A stretch of DNA of 64,000 nucleotides from Selaginella moellendorffii (lineage: Eukaryota > Plantae > Lycopodiophyta), in NCBI RefSeq assembly GCF_000143415.4, contig NW_003314264.1:1214584-1278583 (forward strand), given 5' to 3'. The translations under genes were made by a program, and so were the position numbers. Shown here piece after piece: positions 24,974-36,086 of this stretch; the first letter of the stretch is position 1; the number at the start of each line of letters is the position of its first letter. The notes beneath the pieces are model-generated. The model saw only the letters and a list, made by a program, of their open reading frames with translations. It was not told the origin of the DNA and did not search any database.

Positions 24974-26716
24974 GTGCGCTTGTTAAAGCAGTGGAAGATC
25001 TGGAGATGGAGTTACTTCACTCCCGAGCTCGCATCAACCACCAGAAGAAGAGACTGCGGCATTGCCATCGCTGCTCTAAAGGCATGCGGCAGCTCCATGG
25101 ATCTCACACTTGGGCAGTTCGTCCACGCAGATACCGTCCAGTTTGGTTTGAGCTGCGACATTTACGTGGCCACAACTCTCGTCGACATGTACGCGAAGTG
25201 TGGAAGTATGATCCAGGCACAGCGAGTTTTTGACGCAATGCAGTCACGTAACGCAGTCGCTTGGACAGCTTTGATCCTCGGGTATGCCGAAAATGGCCAG
25301 GGAGAAGTTGGCTTGGAGATCTTGTCGAAGATGAGAGACTGCCGCTGCCAGGCCGACTCAACGACGTTTCTCGCGGCTCTCAAGGCATGCGGCGACATAG
25401 CTGCCAGGGAACAGGGCCGGAAGATCAATGGCAGGCTTGTGCGAGAGGAAAGCTTGACGAAAGCTTGCGAAATCCACGCGCGAGCTGCCGAGGCTGGCTG
25501 TGACTCCCACCCCTTCGTTGCCAATAGCTTGATAAGTTTATACTCGAGGTGCGGAGGAGTGGAGCAAGCTCTCTCGGTTTTTGAGAAGCTCGAGAAGAAG
25601 ACGGTGGTCTCGTGGACTGCTCTCATGCTGGGTTGCGTCGAGAACGGCGAAGCCGAGCTCGCGCTGGATCTCTTCTCGAGGATGGACTCGGTCTCGGATG
25701 CTCAGGCCTACGTCGCGGCTCTCACAGCCTGCGCGAGCGTGTGCGAGAAGTCGAGGCTGGATGGAAGCTCTAAACTCCAGGCACTGGAACGAGGCATGGC
25801 GATACATTCCTCTGCCGCTCGCAGTGGCCTCGACTCCACCACCAACGTCTTCGTCTCCAACACTCTGGTGGACATGTACTCCAAGTGTGGAAGCTTGCTG
25901 GACGGCCGCGCGGTGTTCGACCGCATGAGCTCCCGGGACGTGGTGTCGTGGAACGCGCTGCTGCTGGGATACGCCGAGAACGGCGAGCCGGGCTTGGCTC
26001 TGGAGCTCTTCGAGGCCATGAAGCAGCATCACCATCCTACTGCTCGGACGTTCCTCGCGGCTTTCATCGCCTGTGGCAACTTAGCGGCACTGCAACTCGG
26101 GAGGAGCATCCACAACGAGCTACGCAGGAACCATCGCCAGCTCCTCGACAGCGATCCTTTCCTGGGGAACTGCATCATCGACTTCTACGGGAAGTGCGGC
26201 AGCATGGCCGAGGCCAGGGAGGTGTTCGAGGCGATGGTGAAGAACAGACGCTGGAGGAAGGACGTGGTGACTTGGGGGGCTCTCATGGCCGGTTACAGCC
26301 ACCAGGGGGACACTTCCAGCGTGCTCGAGCTTTTCGAGAAGATGGTGGCGGAGGAGAGGATCCAGCCGGACGCCGTGACGTTCCTCTCGATCCTCACGGC
26401 TTGCAGCCATGCCGGGCTGGTCGACCAAGGCAGGCACTACTTTGCGGAGATGAGCTCGCGGTATGGAGTGACGCCCGTCCAGGAGCACTACCACTGCCTG
26501 GTGGATCTTCTCGGGCGATCAAACCGGCTGGACGAAGCGCTGGCGGTGGTGAGAGCTATGCCGTTTCCAGCCAGCGCCATCACCTGGAGCACGCTGCTGG
26601 GAGCTTGCAAGAAGTGGAAGAACGCCGAGGTGGGAAAGTTTGCGTTTGATTCGTGGCAAAGGCTGGACGAGAAGAACGCCACTGCGTATTTGCTCATGGC
26701 AAGCACCACCTCTTAG
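24974..26716 (+). CDS. PLS-class pentatricopeptide-repeat protein ending in a truncated E domain (no DYW); true start may be in an upstream exon near 24848
   Basis: Repeated MYAKCGS..A..VFD.M..R..VSWNAL motifs; FLSILTACSHAGLV...HYHCLVDLLGR; WSTLLGACK. Confidence 0.92.
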   Translation: MRLLKQWKIWRWSYFTPELASTTRRRDCGIAIAALKACGSSMDLTLGQFVHADTVQFGLSCDIYVATTLVDMYAKCGSMIQAQRVFDAMQSRNAVAWTALILGYAENGQGEVGLEILSKMRDCRCQADSTTFLAALKACGDIAAREQGRKINGRLVREESLTKACEIHARAAEAGCDSHPFVANSLISLYSRCGGVEQALSVFEKLEKKTVVSWTALMLGCVENGEAELALDLFSRMDSVSDAQAYVAALTACASVCEKSRLDGSSKLQALERGMAIHSSAARSGLDSTTNVFVSNTLVDMYSKCGSLLDGRAVFDRMSSRDVVSWNALLLGYAENGEPGLALELFEAMKQHHHPTARTFLAAFIACGNLAALQLGRSIHNELRRNHRQLLDSDPFLGNCIIDFYGKCGSMAEAREVFEAMVKNRRWRKDVVTWGALMAGYSHQGDTSSVLELFEKMVAEERIQPDAVTFLSILTACSHAGLVDQGRHYFAEMSSRYGVTPVQEHYHCLVDLLGRSNRLDEALAVVRAMPFPASAITWSTLLGACKKWKNAEVGKFAFDSWQRLDEKNATAYLLMASTTS

Positions 26717-27846
26717 AACAATTGTTTGCTAATTAATTCTCGACCGTCAGATCTCCCACGACTCAATCAACACCGTTCTCCACCGTGATTAAAATTCTGG
26801 TACGTTTGCAAATTCTCGACCGTTAGATCTCGCGCTCTTCAGTTGCAAAGGATATTCTTTCTCGTGGCAAAGAATATTCTGTTTAGACACGTGACAAGAA
26901 AGGTCGGTGTGCCGTTAGTATATAAATCGTGGCTATGGCGCCACAGCTATGGCGCGCGCGCGAGGTAATGTGGAGGATATTGATGTGGAATTGACTTGGC
27001 ATAGCTAAGGTATGTCGGGATCTCGCCTGGTTCCCTTGGAATCTGCCACATCTCATCGCAATTGCTTCTCAAATTCCCCCTTCTCGCTTCTTCTTCCTTG
27101 AATTTCCTTTCTCGCGGTGGAAATTTTCTTCCCCGCTTTTGATCTGAGAAAGGATGTATGGCTATGGCTGTACGAGGATAGGGGAGGCCCTGCCCTTACG
27201 GGTGCGCTCACGGGGCGGGCCTCCAAATCGAGTGGAATAAAATCGGCTCTTTGTGTCGTGGGAGGGCCGCCAGAGTGAGAATTGGTGCTTGGCGGCCCTC
27301 CCCCTTGGTGTCGTGTGTCGCCCACTCTCTCTTTTCCCCAGTGGTTCCATGGCTCTGGCCGGATCAAGCAAGGAGTTGGGCGATCTGGAACTTGGGCGAG
27401 TTCTAGAATTGATCTAACGAACTTGGGCGAGTTCTAGAGTGGATCTAGAATCGTTTTGAAGCAGCGAGGACATCTTTCGCGTGGAATGGAGAAGGGGAGC
27501 GTTAGATCCACTGGTAAAAACTATTTCTTTGGAATTGTTTTCTCAAGAGCAAAAGAAATTGGAGCTTTCTTTGAATGAGTTTCTCAAATGCGTTTGATGT
27601 TACCGCAGGCCTCTTCGATCGATCGGTGGGGATTGCGAAAGCAAAGACTTTGACCAAAATCTCGGCCAGAGAACCAAAGTTTGACCTTTCAACCATTAGA
27701 AAATAAAAATCTGAGATGCTTTCAATCTTGGCCGTCGGCGCCCGTGAACCGCGGATAGTGACAGTTGGTATCAGACGGTTGCGATTTCGCGCCGGGAAGA
27801 GACGCGCAAACAAAATGGAAGAGAAAAGAAAGAGAAGAGCGATGCG

Positions 27847-29232
27847 ATGAAGATGATAGCATTGGCATGCCACGAGAAGAATGCCAATCACAGCAGCAGC
27901 ATGGTGGATCGTTACTGGACATCGTCGCTCGTGATCTGCCCCTTCGTCGACTTCGCATTGGCCTGCCTCGTCCTGGCGATGGCGACGCTGTTCCTCGTCT
28001 CGAGAATGACGCAGCTTTGCAGCAGCCTGGCCTCGTGCTGGTCGGGAACAACAGCCGCGGAAGAACACGATCGCTGCCAAGAGCACCACTCGTTGTCCCA
28101 GGACAATGATCACCTGCAGCAACAAGTTACTCGCTACGAATCGCAGGAGAGCACGCGAAGTTGTCTCACCTGTGATCGAAGCGGAAGGCTGGAGGGGATT
28201 TGTATCAGCTGCATCATGCGGGTGCTGGGACCTCGAGCGCAGGAATCCAGCGGCGGGAGTGGTGGGTTGTTCTTGCAGGAGATCATGATGGACGCGGCGG
28301 CAGCGGCAGATGGTAGGAACCTGGTCACTGTTTCATCTGCTCCGGTTTGTTCGTCGAGCGATGGCTTAAGGCGGCACGTAGAACTGCTGGTGGACAAGCT
28401 CCAGCTGAGGATCACGTCGTGTCCGCCGGATCGAGAGCAGCAGAAAGAGGCTCCTTCTCGGACTTCTTCTCGAGCTTCTCCTTCTCGGTCTTCTCCTTCT
28501 CGTTGCGAGTGCTTGAGGCGGGAGGGAGATGGCAAGGAGAGGTGTGACTGCTCAAAAGGCCCTGTTTGCAAGGGAGCTTGCGAGTGCTGGAGGACGCGGG
28601 AGCGGGAAGACCATGGCGAGAGCTTGGATCCACACCAAGACGAGAGCTTTTCATCGACTGGTGATCGTCCCGCCAATGCGGAAATCCACCAGGAACAGGA
28701 AGTTGACGGAAAGGAGGCATTGAAAGGTGAGAGGGAGGAGATCGAGAGCCTCTACTACGAGCTGGAGCAAGAGAGGAACGCGGCGGCGGTGGCTGCCAAT
28801 GAGAGCATGGCCATGATCACGAGACTCCAGGAAGAAAAGGCGTGCTTGCTCATGGAGGCGCGGCAGTACCAAAGGATGGTGGAGGAGAAGGCTTTCCACG
28901 ACCACAAGGCGATCACTATACTCAAGGAGATGCTGCTCAAGAGGGAGGCCGAGAAGACGGTGCTGGAGGAGGAGATTGAGATCTACAGGCGATCGAGCAG
29001 GAGTGGCAATGGGCAAGAGCACAGGGAGGAGGAGGCCCCGGGTGGTGGTGGAAGTGGCGGCGAGAAGAGGAAGAGCTCGAGCGAGGAGGAGACGTCTGCC
29101 ACCATCAAGGCCGTGGAGGAAGAGCGTCTCTCGGTGCTGGAGCGAGTAAAGAGGCTGGAGCAGCAGCTCCAGCTCTTGCGAGGGAACGAGAGCACTCACC
29201 CGGGCCACCGAAGATCATCCAGGGCCGGATAG
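27847..29232 (+). CDS. Myosin-binding protein (GTD/zein-binding DUF593 domain)
   Basis: LYYELEQERNAAAVAANESMAMITRLQEEKACLLMEARQYQRMVEEKA; N-terminal hydrophobic segment. Confidence 0.9.
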   Translation: MKMIALACHEKNANHSSSMVDRYWTSSLVICPFVDFALACLVLAMATLFLVSRMTQLCSSLASCWSGTTAAEEHDRCQEHHSLSQDNDHLQQQVTRYESQESTRSCLTCDRSGRLEGICISCIMRVLGPRAQESSGGSGGLFLQEIMMDAAAAADGRNLVTVSSAPVCSSSDGLRRHVELLVDKLQLRITSCPPDREQQKEAPSRTSSRASPSRSSPSRCECLRREGDGKERCDCSKGPVCKGACECWRTREREDHGESLDPHQDESFSSTGDRPANAEIHQEQEVDGKEALKGEREEIESLYYELEQERNAAAVAANESMAMITRLQEEKACLLMEARQYQRMVEEKAFHDHKAITILKEMLLKREAEKTVLEEEIEIYRRSSRSGNGQEHREEEAPGGGGSGGEKRKSSSEEETSATIKAVEEERLSVLERVKRLEQQLQLLRGNESTHPGHRRSSRAG

Positions 29233-29239
29233 CATCGAT

Positions 29240-29600
29240 CGAAAGTCCTGGAGAGAAAATTTTCCTCGTCAGGAAGGAATGCTATGGAATTTCTTGCTTA
29301 CCCGGAAAGAAGGCTCTCGGTAGAGATCGTCCGGAAGGAATGCTATGGAATTTCTTGCTTGCCTGGAAAGAAGGCTCTCGATCGAAGGTCCTGGAGAGAA
29401 ATTTAACCTCGCAAGGAAGGACTGCTATGGAATTTCTTGCTAGAAGGCTCCCGATCGAAGGTCCTGGAGATCGTCAGAAAGGAATTTCTTGCTTGTTCGG
29501 TCCTGGAGAGATTGTCAGGAAGGAATGCCATAGAATTTCTTGTTTAATGCTATGGAATTTCTTGCTTACCCGGAAAGAAGGTGAGATCTTTGTACCGGAG
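29240..29600. repeat. Degenerate tandem repeats (about 60-bp modules)
   Basis: aatgctatggaatttcttgcttacccggaaagaagg and gatcgaaggtcctggaga each recur 3-5 times. Confidence 0.8.
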
Positions 29601-29815
29601 CCACAAATTTCTTGATCGATCCCAAACCAGGAGCGCAAGAAATCCTGGAATCGAGAAATGCGAGTCTGCCATAGGTTTGCCATGGAAAATGAGAGATCTA
29701 CCTCACGGGAAATCGAGGAGTCGCTCGCGCCATAGCCACTCCACCTGGACAAAAACCCTAAAACCCTAATATTTTGCTCACACCATTTGGCTGTTCGTGT
29801 TCTTTCTAGCCGGCA

Positions 29816-31369
29816 ATGGCGTTGGCACTGGCCAAGGCCTCGCGCCACAGATTCCTCCTAGCAGCGGGCTTGCGATTCTCCACTAGCGCGCCAGCTCCAC
29901 CCTCCCCTGTGCCTCCGCCTCCATCGCCCGCGCAATCCAGCGCCGAGCAGCTCAGATCGGGGACTGTGGCCGCGTCCCTGGCCGCGGAGAGAGCGATCCG
30001 GGAGGGCTCGCGGACGGATTGGAGCCGGCAGGAGATCCAGGAGATTTACGACTCGCCGCTGCTCGATCTTCTCTTCCATGGGGTAAAAGCTTTCTAGACA
30101 TGCATGGCAAAAGGTTCTCATCGCTAGTTTTCTTCTTTGTTTCTTCTTCTTCGCGACAATGTAGGCTCAAGTCCATCGCCATGCTCACAATTTTCGCGAA
30201 GTTCAGCAGTGTACGCTGTTATCGATCAAGACTGGTGGATGCTCTGAGGATTGCGCCTATTGTCCACAGTCTTCCAGGTACAACACTGGCGTGAAGGGAC
30301 AAAAGCTCCTCAGTGAAGACGTTGTTCTTGACGCTGCTAGAAAGGTGAAAGAATTTCTTTTTTCTTTGTGGCTGGATCGTTTCATACTTTTTTTTTCTAC
30401 GCAGGCTAAAGATGCTGGTAGTACCAGATTTTGCATGGGCGCGGCTTGGAGAGACACAGTGGGAAGAAACTCGAACTTCAATCAAATACTCGACTACGTG
30501 AAACAGATCAGGTGTGGATCATTCACTCTTTCAAGAATTCACTTTCGATTCTTTTTGGCTATGCGAGCAGAGGTATGGGAATGGAAGTTTGCTGCACGCT
30601 TGGAATGCTCGAAGAAAAGCACGCCCAAGCTCTCAAGGAGGCCGGCTTAACAGCCTATAATCACAACTTGGACACGTCAAGGGAGTATTATCCAAACGTT
30701 ATAACCACGAGGAGCTACGACGAGCGCTTGAAAACTTTGGAAATCGTCCGAGACGCGGGCATAAGCGTGTGCTCAGGCAAGCTTTCTCTTTTCCTTCCGC
30801 TTTTTTTTCTCCATGAAACTAGCTAAAACTATGGCTGAAACATCAGGTGGCATCATCGGTTTAGGAGAGCAAGTAGAGGATAGAATAGGCTTGCTACACA
30901 CTCTTTCGACGCTCCCTCAGCATCCAGAGAGTGTCCCAATCAACGCTCTAGTTGCTGTCAAAGGCACTCCTTTGGAAAATCAAAAGGTAACTCTTCTCGT
31001 TCCATCAAAGCTTTAAACTCGAGAGTTTCTCTCCTTGTGTTTCTACAGCCGGTTGAGATATGGGAGATGGTCAGAATGATCGCCACAGCTCGGATTTGCA
31101 TGCCCAAGGCGATGGTGAGGCTCTCGGCGGGGCGAGTAAAGTTCTCTCAGCCGGAGCAGGCACTGTGCTTCATGGCTGGCGCAAACTCCATCTTCACAGG
31201 CGAGAAACTTCTGACCACTCCAAACAACAGCTTTAGCGAAGACCAGCAGATGTTCCAGCTCCTGGGACTCATTCCAAAGCCGCCAAGCTTTGGAATTGAG
31301 ATCCAGCGAGATCAAAAGTGTGGATGTGCTCAACAAAACTCTGGAGACCTTCTCCAGCAGGCGGTATAA
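29816..31369 (+). CDS. BIO2: Biotin synthase (radical SAM, mitochondrial), multi-exon
   Basis: [18 protein letters not shown] (CxxxCxxC), [58 protein letters not shown]. Confidence 0.97.
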
Positions 31370-31559
31370 CATTGTGATGAGGAAGAAGATATAGTTCCAT
31401 GATAAGCAATTGAAACAAAAGAGCCTTGTCTCGATCGAGGAAGAACTATCCATTATTTTCTTTGCTCTTTATGTACACTGCTAATCACTGGCAAAAAAAC
31501 TATAGCTACGTATATACTTTCTTACTTGGACGAGACCCAACCTCGAAAAACTTGTGTTC

Positions 31560-33684
31560 TCACGGAGCCATGATCGAGTCTATCGTATACGAGAGCGAGC
31601 TCGCCATATTACTCTGCAAAACCAGGCTTTGAAGAGTTTCCATGATGTTATACTCGGGGTCTAGCTTTCGCTGCCATCCCTGCGCAAAGTGGTCCACGAA
31701 TTTGCATCCCTTGAAGCTAACTCTTTAAAGAACGCCTACCTCTAGAACGAGTGTCGTCACTATCACAGTGCAAACATCGCCATCGATGTTTACTTTGTGC
31801 CTGCGTACGCGCTCCAAGAGCTCTTGTATGCAGTCGCCCGTGTGCAGTACAGCGGAATCCATCGCATTCCAGTCTTTGAAACAGTCCTCGACTTCCTGTT
31901 GCAAATGAGGAAACGATGAGGATACAAAACGATCAAACCAACGAGCTAGAACTTACTCTGACAAAACCTTTTGGATCGGGGCAAGTTTGCAGTTCCGAGA
32001 ACTGGAGAGCGCACTCAGCAGTCTTGCGGCCGTCTCGCATTGCGATCCCCTTGAAAAACTCGAGGAGCGTGCGCCGGTCCTTATTCGAGAGCTCTGCTGT
32101 CATGCCGACGTCCAGAAAAACTAGATGCGGATGCGATCGAAACAGTCCCTTGCCAGGCACGGGATTAAATCGCTCCATTCGCACCAGGATGTTGCCAGGA
32201 TGCAAGTCTGCATGGATGAAGTTGTCCACCTGTGAAATGCCAAAACAGTGAGAAAAGAAAAGAAAAGAAAAGAAAAGATAACCAGAGAAGACGTACCAGC
32301 AGCATCTTGAGCAGCGTATGCGTGCCAATGTGTGCCAACGCGCTGTTGATGTGGGATCTCTTGGGAGAATCCACAAAGCGCGATACGCTCTCCCCGCGCT
32401 CATACGTCTCCACGAGCACGGCCGGGTGGACGAGGGGATACAGCGGCTTGGGAAAAGATACGTCCTTCCAGCTCCGAAAGTTGTAGAGAAAGCGGCTCAA
32501 GTGCGCAGCTTCTCTCGCGAGATCGACCTGCGTCAGCATGAACACTGCGAACTGCTGCACGCTGTCCTCCAGCCTCAGATACCGCAAGCCGGAGAAGTGA
32601 CTGCACGCTTTCACCACCCAGTTGATGAGAATGAAATCACGCCTTATCACTTCTGTGACTCCCGGATGCCGGACTTTGACAGCCACCGTCACCGGCTTCT
32701 TCCCCTGGCCCCTCAAAACCGCGCGGTGGACCTGAGCAACACTCCCGGACGCCAGCGGCTCCTCCTCAAAGTCCTCAAACAGCTCCTCGATCCTCTTCCC
32801 GAAAGCGCCCTCCACAGTTTTCCGGGTCTGCGAGAAGCTGTGCGCCGGAGCTTTCGAGTGGAGCTTGGACATCGTCTCGCACACGTCCTTTGGAAAAAGG
32901 TCCGGCCTTGTGGCTGCCCACTGCCCCCACTTGATAAAAGCGGCCCCTGCTCGCTCCAGACTGCTGTGAAAAAGCTCCAGCCAGAAAAGCCGCAGCTTGG
33001 CGTCTGACGGGTCGGCAAATGGAGCTACAGCGAGCGCTGGAGCGAAAACCACCACCAAGTAGAGCGCTCGAAGCAGCAGCATCATTCCTTCCACCAGCGA
33101 CGAAAAGATCCACAGCACGTAACTAGGCTGGATATCGGAGTGGTACGAGAGAGGAACACACGTCGGAGCCTCGGACTCGGCCACCAGCCTGCGCATGAGC
33201 GTAGCTTCGCCGACCAGAAAAGCTGCGATCCTGGGACTAAACTGCGAGCGAACGACTGCCAAGCTCATCGTCCCCACGACTTTCCATAGTGGATGATGGT
33301 AGTAGCATCTTCCCAGCCAAGAATTCTTCCATGCTCTCCCTGTGCTACTCCCGAGCTTCCACCCGGCAAAGCCAGTCCCTTTCTTCTTCCAGCCATCCTT
33401 GAATTCTACTCCTGTTCTAGAGAAACCAAAGACTATCCTATTCCCGCCGTGTCTAGCCAGATTCCTCGAGAGTACCTGGAGAGGACTGGCAGCTGCTTCT
33501 TGCGAAAGAGTTCCATAGTGATGGTGTCCATATCCAATCCGAGAAAAACTGGAATTGGACAGAGTTCTACCAAAAAAAAGCATCAAAATCGAGTCTTTAG
33601 GTGAAAATGCGGCAAGAATCCATACCTGTGGCAAGCTCTTCTCTCACAGGCAGCTCGGGCAGCCCCGGAGAATAGCCTGTTCAT
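31560..33684 (-). CDS. ABC1/UbiB (ADCK2-like) atypical kinase, multi-exon
   Basis: GAAFIKWGQWAATRPDLFP, PLASGSVAQVHRA, VAVKVRHPGV, DNFIHADLHPGNI, FLDVGM. Inferred exon 1 MNRLFSGAARAACERRACH(R) from ATG 33684; stop at 31560-31562. Confidence 0.92.
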
Positions 33685-36086
33685 CCTCTGCGCGAGGCCG
33701 ATGGATCATACTCTATCCAAAATACCGCTGCTCGCGATCAGAATCCGGGAAATGTAGCGCCAAATCAATCCACCGGGCGATCGATTCCACGAGCCACGCG
33801 CCACACGCTCAAACCCTAGAATGCCCCGGGTTTAGGTTTGCTTGGCACGTGGAAGGTTCGAATCCCGCGAGTTTTGCACACTGCTAAAGGGATTCGATCT
33901 CTGGATCGGGCAAGAACCAAAGAAACCCTAAAAAGTTCGTTGTTTGATAGGAGATGATGAAGTGAAGGCCATGCTTGGTGAGTACCAGACAAGAACACAC
34001 AGCAACAGTGATAATTGAGCCTCTTTTTACTTCACGCAACGATATCTCTCTCGATTCCATCATCGATCGAATTGCAAGCCATTTCTTTTCCGAAATAAAA
34101 TATTCGTCATTTTTCTTGTTACAAAAATACTTCGGGAAAATACAAAGCCAACGAACGCTTGCATCAATCGATGAAATTTTTGGTGAAACGTTTGCATTGC
34201 ACGCACAGCGTAGGACTGTCCTTGTCAACGAAGGGGGAATTGACCAACTTGGGTGATCCTGGGTTCGAATCCTCTTTGCGCAAAGGTGAAAAAAATGTCA
34301 CGTTTTTAAAGCTTTTTCTTACTGTCATAACATTTAACTTTGACTCAGAAATCCTGTGGACAAGGCATGTGCAAGAGCATGTAAAAATTTGGCTAGAGAA
34401 ATGCAAGCCCAAGTTCCTGGGAGTGTGACATGACCAATGTTGACAAGATTGGGATTTTACTGGCCTTGTATGACATGGGGCAAGGGGAATTTTGAGGGAA
34501 GAACATAAAAATTGGAGGGGAAAAGAGTGGGAAATGTGGAGATAGGGCTTTGGATTCTATAGCCCAAGATTTAGATATGCAATGGTGGCTTTCTTTTGTT
34601 GTTTTGTGTTGGTAGGCTTTCAGTGTCAGGGGTGCTGGTACTGCCTTATGACATAGGCATGCTAAATCCGGAAGGGTCCGGCTTATGACATGCGGCGCTG
34701 ACTAAATCCCCTGATTTTCCCCTGGTGTTCAAGGTAAAAACGCACAAAGTTACTCCATTTCTATCTCCATTCATTCACGGCTGCTACTTTGCTGCATCAA
34801 ATGCTGTAAAACCCACGCCTTGGGCAAGAACGAGCAACGCTCGGTAAGAAAAAATGGAAAATTTCAAGTTTTTCTGCTTAAAAATCGTTTTTTCCTGCTT
34901 TTCTTTTTGGAGGTGGAGGGTTTTAAGCTGGGTTCATGTTTGTTTAAGCTTTGATAGAGGCGAGAGACAGTGATCGACAACAAAGGGGGCTTTCAGAAGC
35001 TGGGCAGCAGCGCGCAGTGCAGTGGCAGTGGCCAGTGTGTGGCGATCAAATCAAACGCAGCGAAAAGAATCGAGCTAAACAGCCCATGAAGAAAACAAAG
35101 GAAGGAGGAGGAAGAAGATATCGTATGCTCTAAAACTCCAATGCGTGCCTTGTGTGTGTTGTGATAGTTTTCCTTTGTTTCTAGCTAGCGAGCTTCTTCT
35201 AGTTACATAGTCTTCTTCATAGATCTTATTTTCTCTCTTATCTTTTGTTCCTTTTTTTCTTTTTTTCTGCCTGTGGGTTTTGTCTATTCTTCCTTTCTCC
35301 GCAGTGTTCCAAAATCAGTGCAATGCGTTTCTGGCAATAGCAGCGTTCGTGAATGCCAAAGATCTGTCCCAAAGGCAGAGTTTTTTCTCCTTTTTTTCTT
35401 ATCTCCCTGGTCGATGGTGTCACCACCACTTGCGAAAAGAAGGGTCTAGCAGACCACCCAGTGCTACATTCTCAAATCTAAGCTTCTATTCCAAAGTGGA
35501 GATTATTTTTCCCTCTAGCTTTGCAAGCTTGCTAGCTATGGTGGTCGGTTAAGCTCTCCGTGTTGGTATTAACTTGTGTGTGTTTTTCTTGCCTTCCTCT
35601 TTCCGCCCTTTGCTTTGCAGTGGACAGAATTTTTTTTTCCCCTCTCTCCCTCTTTTTTTTGCTCCTTTTTCTCTTCCACTTTATCTTTGAGACTCCGCTG
35701 CTGGGCTTTATTACTCTCCTCTCCTTCCTGGTTTGAATGCGCGAGAAGGAAATGAGAGTGAATGTGAATGGGCTGCTAGAAGAATGAGAGACCCATAGAT
35801 TCAAAGGGGCTTCTTTGGTTGCGAGAGATCTGCGAGAGACGAGGAAGAACACTCACTCAAATCTCCATTTTTTGTGCGCTATCGCAGGTCGCTGTTTGAG
35901 GTACCACTGGAAGAAACAAGAAAAAATGGAGCCTTTGTGAGCGCGCGAGTGTGACAATCGTGGTGGTGTGGGTGCCAAGGTAAGCATCAATCCCACTGTA
36001 CGTGGGTGGTTCTCTCATTCATTGTCACAATGCGTTAGAAGGAAGAACTAAGAACTGAGAGCTACAAAGACCCACCATAGCCGCCC

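Noticed and set aside
25104-26709. Long overlapping antisense and alternate-frame ORFs over the PPR gene (likewise over actin, U-box, DUF593 and ABC1 genes)
   Set aside because: Shadow ORFs expected from high GC3 codon usage; no motifs.
33850-34285. Two B-box/T-loop motifs (ggttcgaatcc at about 33856 and 34262) as tRNA genes
   Set aside because: I could not fold a cloverleaf or find a convincing A-box; at most tRNA or SINE relics.
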